Position numbers and translations under genes: made by a program. A stretch of 53,142 bases of DNA from Octopus bimaculoides. Lineage: Eukaryota. Below the pieces are notes generated by a model. The model had not been told where the DNA came from, did no database searches, and saw nothing but the letters and a program-made list of their open reading frames with translations. Positions 50,145 through 53,142 of this stretch are shown here, one piece after another. The DNA lies in contig NC_069005.1 of assembly GCF_001194135.2 (NCBI RefSeq), positions 19,000,095 to 19,053,236 of the forward strand, given 5' to 3'. Each line of letters begins with the position of its first letter. Positions within the stretch are counted from its first letter, which is position 1.

Positions 50145-51742
50145 ATGTACTTTATTGTGTTTGTTATGTGTGTAATCTCTCAGTCTGTGGTGCAATTTTC
50201 TTGTATAAAACTGGTCTGTGAGAACTGCTGCGTTACAGAATATCATGGACTCTTTAAGCTTACAGGATAGAAGCCAACCTGACAAGTGCTGGTGCTTCAG
50301 AAAAATGCACCCAGCTTCCCACTGTAAGTTGGTTGGTAAACAAGCAGAGAAGCAGAGACAACACAAGATCAATGGAACTCTTCAGTTGAGAATTGAGAAT
50401 ATTCTGCACAATGAACTTGGCATGATGAAGGTTTCTGCTCATTGAGTGCCACATCTTCTGACACCTAACTGAAAGTGCACTGGGCTGATCCCATCATGAG
50501 AAAATCTGACATTGTTTCAGACAGATCCAGTTGGTTTCCTTCAACATTTCTTAGCCCACAGGATGAGTGTTGGCTTCATCACTTTGATCTGGAGACAAAG
50601 AGATAATCCATGCAGTGGAAACAATCTCTGCTCACCTTCTCCAAAGAAGGCCAAGGTCATTTCATCTGCAGGGAAGGTGATGCAAAAGGCATGGAGTTTA
50701 TTGACAATCTTTAAAAGGGCCACACCATCAATGGAGAGTACTATGCCAACATACTGAGGCAGTTACAAAAGACTATCAAGACTAAATGCCCAGGAAAATT
50801 GATGAAAGGGGTCTTGTTTCATTAAGACAATGCTCCAGCACTTGCTTTCAATGGCTGCTGCGCATGATTGTGGCTTTCAGTTGGTTGATCACCCTCTCTA
50901 TTCTCCTGATTTTGTCCCATCTGACAATCATCTGTTGGCTGGGAATCAGTATTGCAGTGATGATGACATCATACCTGTTGTTGATGACTTTTTTGACCAA
51001 GAGGACAAAAACTTCTTCACTAATGGGATCCAAGCACTGCAACACTGATGGGAGAACTGTGTGTGAACTGAAAAGGGGACTACATTGAAAAATAAACTTC
51101 ATTGGGTCACATTCCATCAGAGTATTTTGGTCAGCCTATGAACTTTTCAGCCAACCCTCATAGTCACTGACCACAGAACAAGTAATCACTGGTTTACATG
51201 ATACTAGTAGCAGGTTTCATCAGCCCATGATGAGATTGCTGACCTGACTATTCTCTAGTTCATGTCCCTCTAGTTTTAGGGATATGATAAAATGCACCCA
51301 GAACAATCAGTGAAGCTGTTGACAGACAAGTAGAGATTACACAAGGTTGACAGAACCCTTCCAGTCTTGTCAAGGACATGGAAACCTCTCTAGTTCGAGG
51401 GACATGATAAAATACACCCAGTGTACTCTGTGCAGAGGTTGGTGATCGGAAAGGTGTCCAGCTATAGAAGACAAACTAAAAATAAGATATATGAGCAAGA
51501 TGTGGTCCTCCAACCTGTGTGAAAATGCACGATAGGATCAGTAACTCTGAATAAAAACTGATTCATACTTTGATGATCCATTCAACCTATTCTGGAATGG
51601 AAAGCAGACATTTGATGATGGGGATGGTGACTTACTTGCTTACGATTCTCTTGTCACCTTCCCAAGATCCTGTTGCTAATGCTGCCTCTTCCATCTTCAG
51701 AGCATCTTCAGCCTCAATGATGGCAATAGCCGACAGGTTCAC
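14090..51742 (-). CDS. USP5: Ubiquitin carboxyl-terminal hydrolase 5 (isopeptidase T; USP5/USP13 family), spliced, 5'-partial; 15 coding exons visible, one internal exon missing
   Basis: Manually spliced exons give ZnF-UBP ([34 protein letters not shown]...[11 protein letters not shown]), Cys box ([13 protein letters not shown]), QQDAEEY, WVPKKLD, two UBA domains (MGFP, MGFS) and His box ([18 protein letters not shown]...YNDEKV). Domain order matches human USP5 as I recall it. All junctions are GT-AG and phase-compatible except 31863->25382. Confidence 0.96.
14620..16402 (+). mobile_element. Older mariner 3' fragment (14620-14916 plus 16341-16402) split by the element above
   Basis: [10 protein letters not shown]...DFWLFPKL...[17 protein letters not shown]...KCIEV.G left of the insertion resumes as YFEGD* (tactttgaaggagattag) right of it. 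Confidence 0.8.
14917..16338 (+). mobile_element. Full-length decayed Tc1/mariner element with TIRs and TA target duplication
   Basis: TIRs ttgggtcatcccataaataatgcagtttttt / aaaaaactacattatttacggggtgagtcaa flanked by TA; transposase from ATG 15267 with [30 protein letters not shown] (third catalytic Asp replaced by Gly); internal stops and frameshifts. Confidence 0.92.
16560..17372 (+). mobile_element. Highly decayed LINE ORF2 fragment (endonuclease-RT linker)
   Basis: [14 protein letters not shown] (tggaaggaacactttgaaacactcctcaac) and [21 protein letters not shown] resemble RTE/BovB-type linker motifs; the rest is unreadable. Confidence 0.5.
17440..17750 (-). mobile_element. SINE family C (tRNA-like head truncated at gap)
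   Basis: Minus strand starts ttcgattcccagaccggg (B-box/T-arm-like); body differs from families A and B. Confidence 0.55.
18480..18627 (-). CDS. USP5: USP5 exon: UBA2 end ([21 protein letters not shown]...IYRDGSG(K))
   Basis: catcgcag acceptor, a|gtaagt donor, 148 nt, phase 0 to 1. Confidence 0.95.
18660..19202. repeat. (GA)n-rich polypurine tract filling most of a USP5 intron
   Basis: Directly visible. Confidence 0.9.
19221..19357 (-). CDS. USP5: USP5 exon: linker + UBA2 start ((D)FDSPLELL...[24 protein letters not shown])
   Basis: gccttccag acceptor, acc|gtatgt donor, 137 nt, phase 1 to 0. Confidence 0.95.
19569..19712 (-). CDS. USP5: USP5 exon: UBA1 ((E)[47 protein letters not shown])
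   Basis: tttctttgtag acceptor, g|gtaaat donor, 144 nt, phase 1 to 1. Confidence 0.96.
19758..21378 (-). mobile_element. SINE family B array (about 5 copies) with an embedded ~520-nt element
   Basis: Same unit on minus strand. Confidence 0.85.
20273..20801. repeat. Unclassified ~520-nt interspersed repeat (second full copy 12454-12970, partial copy 32058-32225)
   Basis: Collinear copies (ctgatgca..ggcactgcctctc..ctgatcttaactg ... gtgtcactttgatggcatgcactgccctctcactc); full copies flanked by (AAT)n on both sides. Confidence 0.8.
22210..22311 (-). CDS. USP5: USP5 exon: (D)[33 protein letters not shown]
   Basis: cctttcag acceptor, g|gtcagt donor, 102 nt, phase 1 to 1. Confidence 0.94.
22492..23643 (-). 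mobile_element. Mariner element with TIRs (N gap inside); transposase C-terminal half open 22700-23149
   Basis: TIRs tcaggtcttctcataagttctgtctga / tcagacagaacttatgggatgacctga with TA flanks; [26 protein letters not shown] (D,D34D residues retained). Confidence 0.9.
24801..24889 (-). CDS. USP5: USP5 exon: [29 protein letters not shown](D)
   Basis: aactccag acceptor, g|gtaagt donor, 89 nt, phase 2 to 1; absent from ORF track. Confidence 0.95.
25260..25382 (-). CDS. USP5: USP5 exon: [40 protein letters not shown](K)
   Basis: gtcttgcag acceptor, aa|gtaagt donor, 123 nt, phase 2 to 2; absent from ORF track. Confidence 0.94.
25826..27985 (-). mobile_element. 5'-truncated RTE-clade LINE (RT fragment 27402-27985, gap, ORF2 C-terminus about 26430-26850, 3' UTR with 66-bp tandem repeats)
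   Basis: [51 protein letters not shown]; C-terminal [16 protein letters not shown]; 3' motif ggttggcgttaggaagggcatccagctgtagaaac. Confidence 0.9.
30089..30346 (+). mobile_element. Penelope-like element ORF fragment (region between RT and GIY-YIG)
   Basis: Open frame [62 protein letters not shown] matches the PLE pattern I recall (R..IWFNPPF...TNIG..FL.L..KHFP..H....IFNR.TVK.SYSC.PN). Confidence 0.75.
30685..31297. repeat. Inverted repeat (arms 30685-30921 and 31070-31297, 148-nt spacer); probable inverted Penelope pseudo-LTRs
   Basis: Arms are reverse complements with scattered mismatches and small indels, e.g. cagtgtgaaatttctaagacac..ggtagtcttacagctgtttcag vs ctgaaacagctgtaagactacc..gtcttagaaatttcacactg. 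Confidence 0.9.
30755..30802 (-). ncRNA. Minimal type I hammerhead-ribozyme-like motif
   Basis: Minus strand GTCT-CTGATGA-T-GGGATAT-ccttt-ATATCCC-T-GAAA-CAGCTG-TA-AGAC: core boxes, 4-bp stem I, 7-bp stem II, palindromic stem III, GUA cleavage triplet. Confidence 0.7.
31320..31690 (+). mobile_element. Mariner 5'-end/MITE-like remnant
   Basis: Starts gagggtgctgaaaaattcccggctttgg (mariner-type TIR) and ends with a mariner-like leader (aacatatttccctctcagattcac..ttattgcagcggtccttcag). Confidence 0.5.
31863..32016 (-). CDS. USP5: USP5 exon: [51 protein letters not shown]
   Basis: ttttacag acceptor, g|gtatga donor, 154 nt, phase 0 to 1. Confidence 0.95.
32235..33285 (-). mobile_element. SINE family B array (about 5 copies, some truncated)
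   Basis: Same unit on minus strand. Confidence 0.85.
34157..34279 (-). CDS. USP5: USP5 exon: [41 protein letters not shown]
   Basis: gttgacag acceptor, gag|gtaggt donor, 123 nt, phase 0; QQDA box. Confidence 0.96.
35535..35616 (-). CDS. USP5: USP5 exon: [27 protein letters not shown]
   Basis: ctctctcag acceptor, ccg|gtgagt donor, 82 nt, phase 2 to 0. Confidence 0.95.
36110..36560 (+). mobile_element. Very decayed Dong/R4-like fragment (zinc knuckle to RLE)
   Basis: With one frameshift: KCRL(C)NEYTET..TICGC.VLAKVEC, later IQITIGTVG. Confidence 0.4.
36608..38390 (-). mobile_element. SINE family B array (about 5-6 copies) with (AAT)n linkers and an embedded Dong-like fragment
   Basis: Repeated cgaccccgaaaggatgaaaggcaaagtc..gaatttgaactcagaac. 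Confidence 0.85.
37866..38170 (+). mobile_element. 3' end of a Dong/R4-like (RLE-type) non-LTR element followed by (AAT)n
   Basis: [27 protein letters not shown] then ..[11 protein letters not shown] resembles the R4/Dong C-terminus (VIPVVIGALG...ALLGTARILRKVL); ends in an AAT repeat, the reported target of Dong. Confidence 0.7.
38431..38502 (-). CDS. USP5: USP5 exon: (K)[23 protein letters not shown](M)
   Basis: ttttccccccag acceptor, at|gtaagt donor, 72 nt, phase 2 to 2; not in the ORF track in this frame, found by searching for the required phase and a PTxDFxxQ motif. Confidence 0.92.
38870..39088 (+). mobile_element. Short 3' fragment of the same mariner family as 50380-51161
   Basis: Nucleotide similarity (gatgacttt..gaccaa..gatgaaagcttcttcaccaatgggatcc..aacttttcagccaaccatcata). 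Confidence 0.8.
39480..39626 (-). mobile_element. SINE family D fragment (V-domain-like)
   Basis: Minus strand tggcctagtggttagggtg (A box) ... tctttgagcaaaacacttcatttcatattgctccagtccactcagctgtaa. Confidence 0.55.
43352..43545 (-). CDS. USP5: USP5 exon: Cys box ([19 protein letters not shown]...[26 protein letters not shown]); catalytic Cys codon 43405-43407
   Basis: ttctgtag acceptor, aa|gtgagt donor, 194 nt, phase 0 to 2. Confidence 0.97.
43838..44600 (-). mobile_element. RTE-clade LINE 3' end with (GAT)n tail; relatively young (CpGs retained)
   Basis: ORF 44276-44698 contains [22 protein letters not shown]...[17 protein letters not shown]; ends cggacgttaaacgatgatgatg. Confidence 0.92.
44866..45540 (+). 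mobile_element. tRNA-derived SINE family B (about 220 nt, (ATT)n tail), head-to-tail array of 3 copies
   Basis: Unit ggtggcgagctggcagaatc..gagttcaaattc (B box)..gcctttcatcctttcggggtcgataaaataagtaccag..ggccttgtgcc..attattatt; central block resembles the Meta-type SINE domain as I recall it. Confidence 0.88.
46040..46134 (-). CDS. USP5: USP5 exon: (D)[31 protein letters not shown]
   Basis: gttttgcag acceptor, aag|gtgagt donor, 95 nt, phase 1 to 0. Confidence 0.96.
46770..46888 (+). pseudogene. Full-length 5S rRNA pseudogene
   Basis: gtttatggccatatcatgttgaatgcaccagttcttgtccaatcactaaagttaagcaatgtc...gagtgaccacttgggaaacctaggtgctgtaagc aligns end to end with metazoan 5S; differences are mostly C>T/G>A transitions; T-run at 46895-46899. 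Confidence 0.9.
46900..47775 (+). mobile_element. SINE family B array (about 4 copies)
   Basis: Same unit, (ATT)n linkers. Confidence 0.85.
47969..48204 (-). CDS. USP5: USP5 exon: ZnF-UBP domain ([24 protein letters not shown]...[10 protein letters not shown])
   Basis: ttttttgtag acceptor, g|gtgagt donor, 236 nt, phase 2 to 1; C-x2-C, CGRR and NNH zinc/ubiquitin-binding residues intact. Confidence 0.97.
48948..50141 (+). mobile_element. Decayed RTE-clade LINE (RT YADD region through 3' tail with long (GAT)n)
   Basis: tatgctgatgac (YADD) at 49023-49034; [19 protein letters not shown]...LCWFGHVM; tail motif ggcattaggaagggaatcc and (GAT)n. Confidence 0.85.
50380..51161 (+). mobile_element. Decayed mariner 3' portion ending in TIR
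   Basis: [13 protein letters not shown].., [44 protein letters not shown]; terminus aacttttcagccaaccctcata. Confidence 0.85.
51636..51742 (-). CDS. USP5: USP5 exon: [35 protein letters not shown](K)
   Basis: tttcatgtag acceptor, aa|gtaagt donor, 107 nt, phase 0 to 2; [10 protein letters not shown] resembles WDGEVRQVSK preceding the ZnF-UBP. Confidence 0.9.
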
Positions 51743-51791
51743 CTACATGAAAACATCACACAAAATAAATAAACAAGAGATGACAGGCAGA

Positions 51792-51846
<55 letters not shown>

Positions 51847-52802
51847 NNNNNNNNNNNNNNNNNNNNNNNNNNNNNNNNNNNNNNNNNNNNNNNNNNNNNN
51901 NNNNNNNNNNNNNNNNNNNNNNNNNNNNNNNNNNNNNNNNNNNNNNNNNNNNNNNNNNNNNNNNNNNNNNNNNNNNNNNNNNNNNNNNNNNNNNNNNNNN
52001 NNNNNNNNNNNNNNNNNNNNNNNNNNNNNNNNNNNNNNNNNNNNNNNNNNNNNNNNNNNNNNNNNNNNNNNNNNNNNNNNNNNNNNNNNNNNNNNNNNNN
52101 NNNNNNNNNNNNNNNNNNNNNNNNNNNNNNNNNNNNNNNNNNNNNNNNNNNNNNNNNNNNNNNNNNNNNNNNNNNNNNNNNNNNNNNNNNNNNNNNNNNN
52201 NNNNNNNNNNNNNNNNNNNNNNNNNNNNNNNNNNNNNNNNNNNNNNNNNNNNNNNNNNNNNNNNNNNNNNAATGAACCAACCCCAGTACTTATTTTTATT
52301 AAGCCTTATATTAATTCTATTGATCTCTTTTGCCAAACCACTAAGTTACATGGACATAAACACACCAGTCACCAAGCAGTGGTGAGGGACAAACACAGAC
52401 ACACACATACACATGTGTATATAATATATATATATAATAATAAATGCGAAAGCGAATGTCAGTGTGTCACACTTTTTCGAATTTACTCCTCTGAACCCCT
52501 CCCTCACTATTCAATGACCCTGCTACTATTCCTCATGCTTTACCCCTCTCTCACTATTCAATGACACTTCTAACTGTATCAAGTAATTTAACCATAACAC
52601 ATGCTTCATAACATCCGGAACTGAAATACGTATTGAACTCATTCTCTCATAACTCTCTACCATAAAAATGTTGGAAACTTAGTATTTTCTCAGATATCAA
52701 TAAAATTTGTTGGATCTATTTTCATGCCGTCGGCTGTCGGAGCTTTGGAAACTTAGCAAACTCCAAATGCATGAAAATAGATTCAACTAATTTTATTATT
52801 AG

Positions 52803-53142
52803 GCATAGGAGTGGCTGTGTGGTAAGTATCTTGCTTACCAACCACATGGTTCCGGGTTCAGTCCTACTGCATGGCACTTTGGGCAAGTGTCTTCTACTAT
52901 AGCCTCGGGCCGACCAAAGCCTTGTGAGTGGATTTGGTAGAAGGAAACTGAAAGAAGCCCGTCGTTTATATGTATATATGTATGTGTGTGTATATGTTTG
53001 CATGTCTGTGTTTGTCCCCCCAACATCACTTGACAACCGATGCTGGTGTGTTTATGTCCCCAAAACTTAGCGGTTCGGCAAAAGAGACCGATAGAATAAG
53101 TACTAGGCTTCCAAAGAATAAGTCCTGGGGTCGATTTGCTCG
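52803..53142 (+). mobile_element. tRNA-derived SINE family A (CORE-like ttgggcaagtg block, internal TA/TG microsatellite); best copy, cut by window end
   Basis: ggctgtgtggtaag A-box-like, gggttcagtcc B-box-like. Other copies or fragments: 1915-2198(-), 5658-5896(+), 7000-7327(-), 7950-9165(-, interrupted), 16402-16545(+), 23890-24135(-), 33570-33912(-), 35020-35405(-), 39140-39300(+), 42720-42990(-), 52270-52400(-). Confidence 0.85.

Overview
Eukaryotic, scaffold-level DNA with many N gaps, very rich in microsatellites and SINEs. The repeat landscape looks like an octopod cephalopod (inference, not verified). One host gene dominates: a minus-strand USP5/isopeptidase T (USP5/USP13 family) deubiquitinase. 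I assembled 15 coding exons by hand from 51742 down to the stop at 14090, with GT-AG junctions and consistent phases. They encode ZnF-UBP, Cys box, UBA1, UBA2 and His box. The N-terminal exons lie beyond the window and one internal exon is missing, probably in a gap. Introns and the downstream region hold at least four SINE families (one in head-to-tail arrays), RTE-clade LINE pieces, Dong/R4-like pieces, several mariners (one nested in another), a Chapaev3-like transposase relic, a Penelope-like relic and a full-length 5S rRNA pseudogene. The most notable non-obvious signals are: (i) a minimal hammerhead-ribozyme-like motif in sense orientation in a USP5 intron, in one arm of a Penelope-type inverted repeat; (ii) two near-perfect intronic inverted repeats; (iii) a conserved, tandemly amplified pseudoknot-like motif in the RTE 3' end; (iv) an unclassified ~520-nt element found only in (AAT)n tracts. 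No prokaryotic-type system (CRISPR etc.) is present.
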